From: Lama guanicoe
Lineage: Eukaryota
Direction of reading: 5' to 3'
DNA: 64,000 nucleotides
NCBI GenBank assembly: GCA_013239625.1
Contig: MU055263.1
Span: forward strand, 5,489,886-5,553,885
Shown: positions 1-11,870 of the stretch, in pieces
Layout: every line of letters starts with the position of its first letter
Numbering within the stretch: the first letter of the stretch is position 1
Program-made: the position numbers and the translations under genes
The notes under the pieces: generated by a model
Seen by the model: only the letters and a program-made list of their open reading frames with translations
The model's database searches: none
What the model was told of the DNA's origin: nothing

Positions 1-3000
1 ATCTCCAGTCGCCTTTTACTGAGCTGACCATTTGAACTAGAATTCGGTTCTTAACACGTCAGTCGCGTACTGGATAGGAACGCGGCTTAAGGCGTGAGGC
101 TGCCTGAGATTTCACCCATCTCCACCTCCTACTGATTCACCTGTGAAACGGGGACACAGAGAATGTCTCACATGACTTACCATGAAAACCTGGGCCTTTG
201 TTTTCCTTATCAGTGAAATGGGGATAAAACACGACTGTGACAAGAGACACGCGTCACCCTCTGTAACGTCAAGCCCACAGGCGTGCTCGTCGGGCGCTCC
301 CACCCCAGGTACTCTCCAAGATTGGCCCCGGGTGTCCAAAACACTGGGGGAGGGCGAGCCCCTGAGGAAAACCCAGGATGAAATGTGGTGGCAGCAGAGA
401 GGAAAGATGGCCGTGAAGCCTTTGCGGGTGAAAAAAAAAAATGAAGAAAAAAGAAGAGAAGAGAAAATCAAGAAAACGAAGACAAGGAGTTGACGTCAGA
501 GAGAACAAAGGTATGAATCAGACAAATGCCGCAGAGATGAAGGGCAGTCGAAACTCTTGAAGACCGTTAATGCCTCTGACAACACGAGCTGACCACAGTG
601 GGACGCGACGCATTGTGAACGCCAGAAACCACCTCAGGGTTGACTGAAAACCCCCAAACGGCTAGCCTTTCAGTGGAACACAACCAGAGCCTTCGTCTGG
701 GATGAGCCGTGGGAGATCGGCAGAAATGGCAGAGCCGCACCGTTGTCCTGCTTCACGGGAAAGCATTGTGCGTACTGTTCACTCAGTCTTGTTTCTCAGG
801 ACTTAGCGTCTCTTTGTGTAGCTCTTGTGAAAACTACGAATGATGTTTAGAAAAGCAGGTCTGATAGGACGTTCAGCCGGAAGCCCTTCACCAGCCACGG
901 TGCGCGTGGCGTTCGTGCGCTTCTCCTCTTCCCCAAATTATAGCGGACCAGCGGAGATGTGACAGACAGCCACCGTCACCATGGTATAATTCACAACATT
1001 TCCTCCAGTTATGAAGAATTACTGGGGCTGTAAACTTGGACCACAGCTGGGCAGCCCACAGTCCGTAAAACTCCCTAAACCCTTTTGTACTGGGGAGGCA
1101 CACGATTGCTTTGCTTGTGCGTAATCACTTCGGTTATAAAAAAGCAAAACTTCTAATTCGGTACTCTGTGACTTATTTCAGATGAGCTGCTGTTTTGAAG
1201 ATTACACGAAGATCTTTGACTCTGGAGATTTTTGGATATTTACTTTCCGCTGAAGTATGGCATCTATGTGACTCTGAAAACAACGGCCCAAGATGACACT
1301 TCGGAACAGCGTGTTAACACTAGAGTGCCAGCGGGGCCAGCACGTTTGTTTACGCGTCTGCTGTCCCGCTTGCAGAGGTCGCTATGGTGCTTCCCAGCCC
1401 CGTTCGGGTCGTGGCCCACAGAGGAGGGGGCGTCTGGACACGCCCTGGGAGAAGAAAGCCGGTGAGCCAGGCAGGCCCCGGCCTTCGGCTCCACCCACGT
1501 GAACTGGTGCCGCGGCCACCTGGTGCCCATTCCTGGCGCTCTCGTTGGGAATTCCAGAAAAAAGTATCAGATACTGGATGTAAAACAAGGTCTACATCTT
1601 CTAAGTGACAGGATTTATTAGGGGGGAGCAAAGATGGCGGAGCAGAGACTCACGGCTCGTCCCCTCCCACAAATACAACAGAATGACGTCTAGACTTTAT
1701 CCTGCGGTGCGATCATTCGGGAGTGATTAAACATCACCTTCCTTTCTTCCTCATGAGAGCCCCAGACAGTAAAATCAGATCTTTACAACCAAGAAACCAG
1801 TGGCTCATTTGTGCCGTTTTACATGCAACACAGGAGAACTGCAGCAGTGACGCCCCCGCCTCGCTGGGCCGGCACCGTCGGGCAGAGGCCGCTAATGCAG
1901 AGGCCGCGAGCAGCTGCCTGCCACTCAAACACGCACACTGGGCGGCAGGGGGGGGCCTGAGGTGAAGACAGCTCACCTCACCCGTCAGAGGCTTCAGGAG
2001 ACCTGTGCTGTCCCGAGGCCATCAATCCCACACTGTTCCATTTTCGCCACGTATTTGGCTGAGGCGATGTGACAGCGCTGAGAATGTGCACGTAACAGAG
2101 CAGCGGGAGCAGTCCTTCCACCCCCGGAGCTCAGGCCCTGCCCACGCCTGCCTTCAGTGCTCCGGAAAAGTGCTTCTGAAGCGCGCACCACCGCGCCATC
2201 CTGCCCAGGACTCCTTCGGGTGAGTGGTCCTGAAGCAGCCTACCCTGAAGTGACGGCAGAGCAAGCGTATGACTGCTAAGAAAGCTGCGACAGCTGGGAC
2301 CGGCAACGGGCAAGAGACGCAGACGCGATTCACCTTCTCAACTGGAAACCTGTTCACAGCGACAAACGCCAGACAAGGTGAGGCGCCAGGATGAGGCGTC
2401 ACTGGGACGCCCCCAGGAAAGCCAGAGTTGCCGTCGCCCTAAGCACAGGCTAGAAATACCCTTAGATACCTAGATGCTCCTTAGGCAGCTCACCCGCAGA
2501 CGCACCCGGCTTAGGTGCCTCCCGCCGCAGTCAGCGCAGAGCAGCCTCAGGACCGTCTTTACTCCTTCGCGAATGGGGACTGGCCTTTTATCACGGTAGC
2601 ATGTTACACAGTGTAATTATTTTTTAGCAAGAAATCTAGAATTAAAAAAGATGAAACAGACATCTGAGCAGCATCTCCCACCCTTGCGCCCATCAGCATG
2701 TAGGTGGGAAATAACGGTGTTTGTACAAAGTGGAAGGCTGCTGGAGCTAGTCCCAGCCGGAGTGCCCTGCACGGGGCTAAGAGGCTTTGTATTTCGGCAA
2801 ACGGGTACTTACGCTGTGACCTGCGGGCCACAGCCCTGAGAAGCCGACCCAGATTATGCAACGCCCCGAGGGGTGAAGTTTATTTTCACACCTGAGCGTG
2901 AAGAACACAAGATGGCAGGAGGAACGGTAACTCCACTTAGAAAGCGAGTATGTCAACGCCGCCTTTCAGAGAACGTTCTGAAGACAGCGACAAAATGCTT

Positions 3001-3399
3001 CCAAGAGTTGTGCCGAACGTGAGCCCATGAACAGTGCGGCAGAGAAGCGGAGGGAGCTCCACGCCGCGAGCGCTAACCTGCACATGCGCTCACACATCAG
3101 GCGCCACCGATTTTCACCACAAACGCCTGAGCTGAGGGTAAGAGCTACAAGCTGCCCATTGTGTTTATACAGCCTTCACCCTGGGCGACGTGCCTTTTTT
3201 GGGAGCGGAAGGAAAAAAGCGTTGAATCCTATCACCTACGTGTTGCAGCTGCCCAAACCTTCCAGAGTAGATCCAGATGCGCTAAAAAACCCCACTCATT
3301 TTCTCCCAGCTTGACTTTTCAGTCAACATAGTTCCTTGTTCCCATGATAAGGACAACTAAGTCCTTCCCAGAAGTCACTCTCCCGCCTACGTCCTGGCC

Positions 3400-3745
3400 A
3401 CAGCAGTCAGCTGAGCTGGTGCCCCGCTGCCCAGCCAGAGAGAATACTGCGCGGCCTCATCTACCAGTGACGGCTCGTGACCACGCTGGGCGAACGGGTG
3501 TGAGGAGTGGCCGCCCGCTTCCCGGCCACCTCCAGGAGGACCAGGCTACCTGGCTCGCCCTCCTGCCCCCTCTCCTGCCGGCTAGAAGCAGGCAAGCGGG
3601 CACAGCCGTGGAAACCATGGGCTCAAGGCAGAGCCGTCCTGCCAGCCCCTGGCTGCTCACACTGGGCTGTTACATGAGAATGAAGTATCTGTCCTGTTTA
3701 AACCACTCCACCCGGGGTCTCTGTTACAGCAACTTAGCATGTGCC
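3400..3745 (+). mobile_element. MaLR LTR relic (MLT1-type)
   Basis: Terminal GTTACATGAGA...TGTTTAAACCACT...GGTCTCTGTTACAGCAAC matches the MLT1 3' end. Confidence 0.6.
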
Positions 3746-6700
3746 ACCATCATTTAAAACTTTTTTGAATCACTAAAAAAAATGCCTCTTAAATAAAAGC
3801 ATCTAGAAATAGAAAGATTAGGGCAGACTGACCTGTGAGTGCTCCGGGTGCCTTCCCAGGACACACAGGGGAGGGCTCCCCGGCAGCAGGGCTCAGGGGA
3901 GGGCAACACCATCAGGTCTAAGTTACAGAGGCAGCAAGGAGTCCCCACAGGGCCTGAACAGGGCGGGCCACGAGGCCAGCACGCCAGCTCAGAAAGGGTT
4001 CTTCCCAGAGTACGGAAGGCGGGCTGGAGGGAGGCGAGACTGGAGGATGGGAAACGAATGAGAAAGCTTTGTTCATCAAGATGATTTCCAAGCAAATTCA
4101 ATTTTTCAGCTTAAGGAGCCAGAACTGGTACAAAAAATTTAAGTGGGGATGTCCAGCAGTCAGTCGCCCTGCATCTCAAGAGAAGGAGCTGGGGTGGAAT
4201 TACATGTTGTGGCTCATCCGTCCACGGAGAATGAGACCACCCACAGGAGTTGACAGAGAGAAAGGTCAAAGGGCCCCGGGGTCACTACCACTCAGGGGAC
4301 GGGGAGAAGAGGGCCCAGCACCGTAGGGAGAAGACAGGGTCAGAAGGAGGAAGAGAACTTCGTACTGGAAGCCAAACGAGGCGGCACTTCAAGGGGCGAA
4401 TGGAAAGCAGTGTCACTTACCCCGGGGGGAGGGAGCTGAGGAGTAAAGCTGGAGTGCCGCCGGGCCTGGAGGCTCAGTGCCCCTCGGCCACGCAGGGCCG
4501 GAAAGGAGCCGGGCCACCGCGGGCGGGAGCAAGTGGGAAAGGGAACGTTGGCGTCTTGGAAGTTGGCTGGGGAGAAAAACCAAACCTGGGAAAGCAGCGA
4601 GAGGGGAGGCTGGGTTGCTGGATGGAAAAGAGCAGGGAGTTGGAAGTTAAAAATAACAGCATGAGGAAGCACGGAGATGGTTTTCATACGCCGTCTCTTA
4701 TGCGGAGCATAAAGGTAAATTGTGCGCCATAAACGCATCTCCACGGGGCGGCCTGACTCCAGGAGGGAGCATGCTGTCCTGACTACGTGACGGCGTCAAG
4801 ATTAAGGAATTCATAATTCGACGGAAATTCTTCAACAGAGTCTGGCTGTATCTTGTTTGCTTTTCCCTTCGGTGAGCTGGTAAACATTAACCTTGCCAAG
4901 CACTGTGTTACCTAGCCAGCCGTAAAACTTTAGAAGGTCCTTTTTGGGGAAAGTCTAAAGGCAAAAAAAAAAGGTGCCTTGCAAAAATAACTGCACAACT
5001 CACATAAGTTTGAAAAGAAAACACAGCACGTGGTCATATGACTGAGGGGCTCTGTACGCGTTCCCGCGGTCCGTCCGGGGTCAGGATTTCTCGCCCACTG
5101 AAACTCCCTTTGCAGGTTGAGCATTAAAAGAACTCAAGTCAGATTATACTGAAAGGAAGAAGGTGGGAACAGAAATATTTATTATTCCTACGGAGGGTGT
5201 TAGTGACCTAAAGCGGCTTCATTCTCTGCCCGTTTCCCTGGCCGCAGCACGGAGGGCAGAGGAGGTGAAGGAGAGCTGCTGTGTGTTGAGCCGCCGTCCT
5301 TGGCCACATCACTGAGGCTTCCTCAGACGCACAGAAGGAGACAGAGCTCCAGGCCTACCGAGTGACCACGTGCTCACACACCTGACCTCGTTCCACCGCC
5401 CCATCCTCCCTGAGCAGGAGTGTCACTGTCCTAGTTCTGGAGGAAAAAGTGCAGCCAAGATCACAGAGCTAAAGTATCGCTAACCAGGGTCCAAACCCAG
5501 ATCTGACTGACCCTCCCAAGCCCACACCTGCCCCTGTCAGCTGGTTTTAAATCAGAGATTAGCTCAAATTAAATTAAATCCCCCCCAACCCCTCAATCAA
5601 ATTTACAAGCTATTAGACGGAAATCTGAAGTGGAGGAGACGAAACCCTGGGGTTCAAAGGCTGCCTCGGGACACAAGGAGCAAAGTCTGAAAAGTGAAAT
5701 TACAATTTACAGCTCGAGCGCCGTTGAACAAGAGGCTCCCTCCACGTCTTTACCACCACCTCAGGTTTTAAAGGCGCTGGCTTGGCTTCCAACTAACCTG
5801 ATCCTCACAAGCTACTGAGAGACAAAGGAACAGCGTCAGCTTCATTTCTTGGCCGAGAAACTGCGGCAACGAGGCAGCGGTGCCGCGGGGCTGAGGCCCG
5901 GAGCACACGCAGCCACGGGCACTGCACAGCCTCCACCCGGCGTCGGCCTCACCGCGCTTGCCTTCAGAAGGCGCTGCTAGCAAAGCCAGACCGCGCACCC
6001 CGTGTAAGCTTGTCTTTCAATCTGAGTTACGGACATTCCCTTTTTATTCTGAATTCATCCAACATAAACTGCAACTATAATTCTCTAAGAGTAACGAAGT
6101 CACCTGGCCGGGCAGTCCATCAAGGCAGCATGTCCTGGGTCCCACTGAGAGCGGCCCGCCGCCACAGCTGCGCCTTAGGGCCAGTGAGGGGCCGGCCAAG
6201 GGCTGCGATCAGAGCTGAGACCCCCTCCGCGAGCGGACGGGCTGTGCTCGCTGTCTGCCTCTACCCTGCTTTGCCAGATGAACCTCCTTCAGTGCTTCTG
6301 AGAAGAGAACTGCTGGGGTCTCCACACACATTCTCTGCCTCTCAAATCAGGCAATAAAAAATGCCACTAGAGAAAATCTTCCCACCCATTGCTTTTAGTT
6401 GTGGAGTCACTGGCTACACAGCCGAAGCCACCAAGCTGCATCCTGGTGATCTACACCTCCCGGCTGCCTTCCATAAACTGGCGGCATGTGCGGAAGCGGT
6501 GTGCTTGCTAAATGACTCAGGCCTTTACTCACTAATAACACAACCACAGGGAGAAGCAAGACCAGGCCTGAATGGCACAAGCTAACTGAGAGACAGTAAC
6601 ACACCACGTGCATCAATCACAGGCCTGCGCTCAGTCAGACCATCATCAACCTCACAGGGCTCCTGCCCGGTGAAATCTGCCTTCGTTGGTTTCCTTTCTG

Positions 6701-6755
6701 TTGCTGTTGTTGGAAAACAGAGAGTGAGCCAGCCTAGGGCATCATGGGGATTTCA

Positions 6756-6787
6756 GACACAGACAGACAGACACACACACACACACC
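6756..6787 (+). repeat. (GACA)n/(CA)n microsatellite
   Basis: Seen directly. Confidence 0.9.
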
Positions 6788-8344
6788 CCTTAAAGCCCAA
6801 GTGATGACAAAAAGTTTTTAAGGAGACACCAACAAGGAACAGGTTGAGGGTATTTTCCACTGGTTTAAAAATAAAGCATTCTACCCTTCAAAAAAATAAT
6901 AAATCTCAGAATTCTAGAAACAGGAAGCAGCAGCTGGATTTATCACCCTTCATTTCCTGAGAGCTGCAGTGAGGAACTCCCCATCAAGGTCAAAGCAATG
7001 GCAGGGGCCGCCTTCTCCCGCTGGACCCCCCACCCCACGTGGCTGCTGCTGACAGTGCTGGCTGGCCCCTTCCAAACCACCCCGCTCACTTGGTCTTACA
7101 AAGCCTTCTGTGCCCAGGCCCTGCCTCTTGAGAAAGTGAAACATCAGACTGGAATCTAAACACATATCTGTAACCGTCTGGGTCCTAGGAGAGCCCTGCG
7201 TCCGCCTCTCCTGGGCTCTCTCCCCGAGCTCTAGGACACCACCTCGCCTGGGGGCCTCTGCGCCTCGCGCTGACTGGTGGCTGCGCTGCAAGGGCAAGAG
7301 GGCAGGGTGCCAGCTCCCGTCAGCCACTTGTGTTTGTGGCTGAAGGACTTCGACTTTCTCAGCCTCACCCTCTCGCGGGTGAATCGCCAAGGAGACACCA
7401 TCTATTTCACCAAAGTACAGTGAACAGTAAAGGGACCAGGAGATTGAAAACACTTCGTAAATCACACTTAAATAACAACAGACTAGAACAGTGACACACA
7501 TCCTCCGGAAGGGGCTTTGCCGGTTCCAAAGCTTTCAGGAACATCATTTCGTTTCGTCCTGCAGATGACACCGTGGGATCCATAGCAATGGTGGCGGCGG
7601 CACCGCCATTATCACTGTCTGATGAATGAGCCAGACGAGGACACATAACAGGAAAGCTGTGTCCCCGCTCCGTCAGCAAAGCATCCAAATCATCTGAAAA
7701 CACTTCTGGCAGCGCATGAGTGGTTAAGTGTAAGACTGGGAGTCGCGCAAGCCGTCTGGTTTCAGGTCTGCTACTCTGGGCACGTCCCTCCGGGCAATGA
7801 TTCATCCATCCGTCACCAGGCCAGTGGGAGACAAAAGTAAATTAGACCTGGTCCCAGCACTTGAAGAAGTCACCCAGAGGCAAGGGTAGGGGGTGGAAAG
7901 AAGTGACATATAAACAGATTAATTACAAAATAGTATTTACTTAAAATACAGAGAATGAACAAAGTGCCTTGGGATTGCAAAGCAGGAAGTGACTAACTCT
8001 GTCCGGGGGACTCGTGGGGGAACCCGCTCCTCTGTGACTGGGAAACGAAGGGCATCAGACTGCGTACTTATCAACGTCCCTTTTGTGGCTAAACTCTGAG
8101 AAAACTAGGCCTAGAGAGATCACCAGCAATGTTAACACACAGCACCACTCCTCTTCCACGTCCACTCAGAGCCAACACAGCATTTAAGATAACCAAGATA
8201 CCTCAAGTGATAGATAACTGTATTTCAGAAAATGCTGAAAAATGAGATTTTGCAGAATATGACTGAAAGACAAATCATGCTTGTATGTCCGTGGAAGCTC
8301 GTGGGAGCTGGGTCTACAGTCACCCTGATGTGCGGCAACTATGA

Positions 8345-8695
8345 CACTAGATCCTAGGGCCAGACGGTCTGGGTTAAACTCTTGACTCTGCTGGTTACTA
8401 GTTTTGCTACTAGGCAAGTTATTTGATCTCTCTGTGCTTTAGTTATCTCACCTGTGAAATGGCAGTGGTGGCAGGAGTAGTGTGCTGGGGGGAGAGGAGG
8501 AGAAACAGGAGGAGGAGGAATGAGGATGGTGATGATGGTGAAGATGGTGAGGATGGTGATGATGATGGTGGTGAAGATGGTGCCACCGCCTCCCTCAGAG
8601 GGCTGCTGTGAGAATTAAACGAGCTAATATACACAAGCACTGAGAACAGTTCTCGGCACAAAGTAAAGGCCACGTGAATCAGCTGCTGTTGTGAT
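8345..8695 (+). mobile_element. Near full-length MIR interrupted by an expanded simple repeat
   Basis: CTGGGTTAAACTCTTGACTCTGC...GGCAAGTTATTTGATCTCTCTGTGC...CTGTGAAATGG, then the repeat, then GTGAGAATTAAACGAG...GCACTGAGAACAGT. Confidence 0.8.
8490..8582 (+). repeat. (GGA)n followed by a (GAN GAT GGT)n compound trinucleotide repeat
   Basis: GAGGATGGTGATGATGGTGAAGATGGTGAGGATGGTGATGATGATGGTGGTGAAGATGGTG seen directly. Confidence 0.9.
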
Positions 8696-9629
8696 TTGCC
8701 AAAGTGCAGTGACTAGCGTTTTGGGTTGCTCCTCTGAAGGTACCCCCGCAAGCCTGGAAGTTTCTAATTTGGTCTCAATCTGCAATTTCCACTTTGCAGA
8801 ACTGCACGGGAAGTTCAGTGAATCCAGGACGAAGTGTAGGTTGTCTGCTGCAGAACGACACTTAAGCAGAATTTGGGGGAATGTAACACAGTAAGTATGA
8901 CTTTGAATGATATTTTGGAAATTACAGAGAAGCAGAAGTAAAGGAGGAAGGATGCCCATAACCCTGCAAAGTTCCCTTTTTTCCTACTGTTTTCATTTTA
9001 TGTTTAAAATACAATTTATAGTCCTTTAAAATGATAAGCAATCAAGGGAATATTAAAAACGCAAACTAAGCCACCCACTGAAAACTATAAGCATTTAAAT
9101 AACCATTATTTTTTTTTGTTATTGACTTCACACAGAATTTTAGGAAATTATATGGGCTGCTAACGGTATTTCATTATTCCTATATAGTAACTATCAGGTG
9201 AAATGGATTGTATCCAGATAAAATTAAACTTCTGTAAATCAGACTGGATGTTTTCATTGGCAGCATTAGCAACACTCACCAAACCAAAAGATTCTGCCTT
9301 TAATATTTAATATACTAAGCACCATTCATCCAATGGCTCTCAACCAACATCAATACTTACAGACTCTTGAGGCCTGTGTTTTTTATCTTAGTCAATAATG
9401 CTTAGGAGGTTCAGGCCTTAAAATTAAACATTAAAACTTGCCGCTGCAAAAAATGTTCACCAGAACCCCAAAAGAATAGGGAGGCTGGATATTTATCATA
9501 CTCTTCTTATGTTCTGAAAAGAATGGGCTGATTTTTCTCAATAAAAAACAGGGTTGCTCTGCGATTCTTAGCGCTCTGTAGCACAGTCACAGGAAGTGAA
9601 GCCAAGTCATTCAAGCTACAATTCACTGA

Positions 9630-9820
9630 GATTCAAGTGTGTGCCGGGCACACTGGGGCACGGATTTTACAAAGACCATTTCATTTAATTAATGCAAGTC
9701 CTCGAGACAAATTATTTCTCTAATTTTACAGGTGAAAAAAAAGATAAAGCTTGGAAATGTTAGGTAACATTCTCATAAAGTTACAGAGCTAAAGACTGAC
9801 AGACCAGGAGGTAAAACTAA
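9630..9820 (-). mobile_element. MIR
   Basis: TGTGCCGGGCACACTG...ATTTCATTTAAT...TTTTACAGGTGAAAA...AAGTTACAGAGCTA. Confidence 0.6.
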
Positions 9821-9843
9821 ACATACACACACACACACACACA
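9821..9843 (+). repeat. (CA)n microsatellite
   Basis: Seen directly. Confidence 0.9.
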
Positions 9844-11764
9844 GTCTTGCAGGCTGGCCATCACTTTAGAGAAATATAAGGAAGGAAAGAATTCAAATGA
9901 TTCCTGGTGAGGGTAGATACGTCTATTTAATTCTACTCATCAGGAATTATAAATGATATGATATAACAAACTTCTAAGAGCTTTGTGGATATATGACCAA
10001 AAATTTGGGAAAAAATCTTACAGAAACAGAAATTTTAGGCACCTCTGTAAGGTCCAAAAGGCTACTGTAATGCTCATCCAACCAATCCTTATAATCAGAA
10101 TTAATCAAAAACAAAAAGGAGTATGGTGGTATTTTAGTAATTTTATAGAAAAGGTTTATTTCAGGTAGGATTCAACATTTAGGAAATCCGAGCCACTTAC
10201 TGCTTCTGATACACTTAGTACAGTGACTTACAGCTCCTAGATCCCTAGGGGCCAGACTACTCCGGTTAGCAAGTTTCCAGGCAGCCCTGTCTTTTACTGT
10301 TTTCGTAATGAAATGCTAAAGCAACGCAGCCAGCCCGCATAGCAGGGGGGCCGTTACCTCAGACTCGTACAGAACAGTTACTCAGTCCTTCTAAGGCAGC
10401 TGTAGGATCAACACGACTCTTAGAAGCGACAGGCTGTTCCAGGAGAAACTATGTTCAAAGTGGACCCCATTTTCCCAAAACAATGATTTCCTTGGTTACC
10501 TCAAGTCCTGCTTCTAGTGGAACTCAGGCCTGATGTGGACTGGCTACTGGACCCTAGCAAGTTAAATCTCTAGGTCTCCAGTTCCTGGTCTGTGAAACGA
10601 GAAGACTGTGTTAGATCGTTTCTTCCTTCCGGATGTAAAATTCTAAGAGCCAGTTCACACTTAAAACCCAAACTCAATCACATCCTTCAGGGAAAGCCAT
10701 TTGCCTCCCATCCACACCCCAAGCAGAGCTGGCTACTCGGAAGAGCCAAGTCTACTTCATTCACAGTCGTGAGCGCCACCATTAGGATACAGTGACTTGT
10801 TTACCCAGCGGCCTGTGAGTTCCTCTCGGGGAGAGGCTGTGTCTCACCGATTGTTGTGTATTTGTCACCCAACAGTTAGATCTTAGTCGCCTGGTATACA
10901 AAAGTCACGCAGCGACCCTTTTCAGAAGATACTCTTCAAATTGCCCATCAAGCACGCATTGGGTACTTTTCTGTTTGTGTCCCAGACCACATCCTGGCGA
11001 TGCATCAAGGTACCAACCATAAAGCATCTGCAGTTTAGAAACAGGGCAGTCATATGTGATGATGAATAATAACACAAGTTTAGTGCTTTTAACTCATAAG
11101 CTGAAGCCAGTTCTACAGGACAAGACGTGCTCTTGGAGTTTAAGAGCGAAGATCTTTGATGACTTAACATTTTGTGACCCGTCTTGCACGGCTTTACCAT
11201 TTTGCCTCTATTCCCCTTCTATGTTAGGAGCATGAATCTGCATTGTGATTGTTTTCAATGATTCAATTATTTGGGAGAAAAAGTGACCTCAAAAGAGAAA
11301 GACTGATTCAGAGGCGGAAATGACTAAAACACTTGAAGATAAGCAAAAGAAAAAGTTTAGAAAAGGTTAACAAAAACTTTCCCTGGGGTAGTGCAAGTTA
11401 AGAGTGAGGTTACATCAGGCCGGGGCAGGGAAAAGAAAAGAAGAAAAGATATATGATTTTTGGCCTGACACTGTTTACCTTTCAAGTTCCAAGAAAAAAT
11501 TTCATGGAGTACTTGTCTGTCCTTTTATTTATTTTTCTTGTTCATGCACATCCCTTGTGATTAGGAACAAAAGGGAGTGCAGGCTGCTGGCACCTGTGCA
11601 CAAAGGTCCAGTGGGAGGCAGGCAGCCCAGCACCCGAAGGGCGGCCGGGAAGCCCTCTGGGACCCTTGTGCTGGGAACGTGACCAGTCACAGCAGCCCCT
11701 CTGCATGAGTCAATGCTGAAAGGTTTGTCCGGAGGAGCTTGAGTTACCCACTCTTTTGTGTTTC

Positions 11765-11870
11765 TTCCAAAGTTAACACCTGAATCAAGATGAACTGGGG
11801 GTACACACTATAAATTCAGATTCCTGGGCTCCACCCGGACCTACCCTTTCCACAGGAGCCTCCACTGATC
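11765..11870. mobile_element. MER5-type hAT relic
   Basis: AATTCAGATTCCTGGGCTCCACCCGGACCTAC. Confidence 0.5.

Noticed and set aside
1510-1530. CTCF-like motif GCACCAGGTGGCCGC (similar ones near 33295 and 35642)
   Set aside because: Imperfect matches are common at this GC content and cannot be supported without a PWM scan or ChIP data.
2445-2522. Loosely repeated CTTAG/CTAG...CCT motifs
   Set aside because: Too short and degenerate to call an array or element.
6950-7501. 183-aa ORF with protein-like stretch GEIDGVSLAIHPREGEAEKVEV
   Set aside because: The stretch matches a decayed MIR (GAGGCTGAGAAAGT...CACA...GTGGC) and has no convincing splice pair.
8423-8611. Acidic D/G/E-rich peptide ORF
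   Set aside because: It is the translation of a simple repeat inside a MIR.
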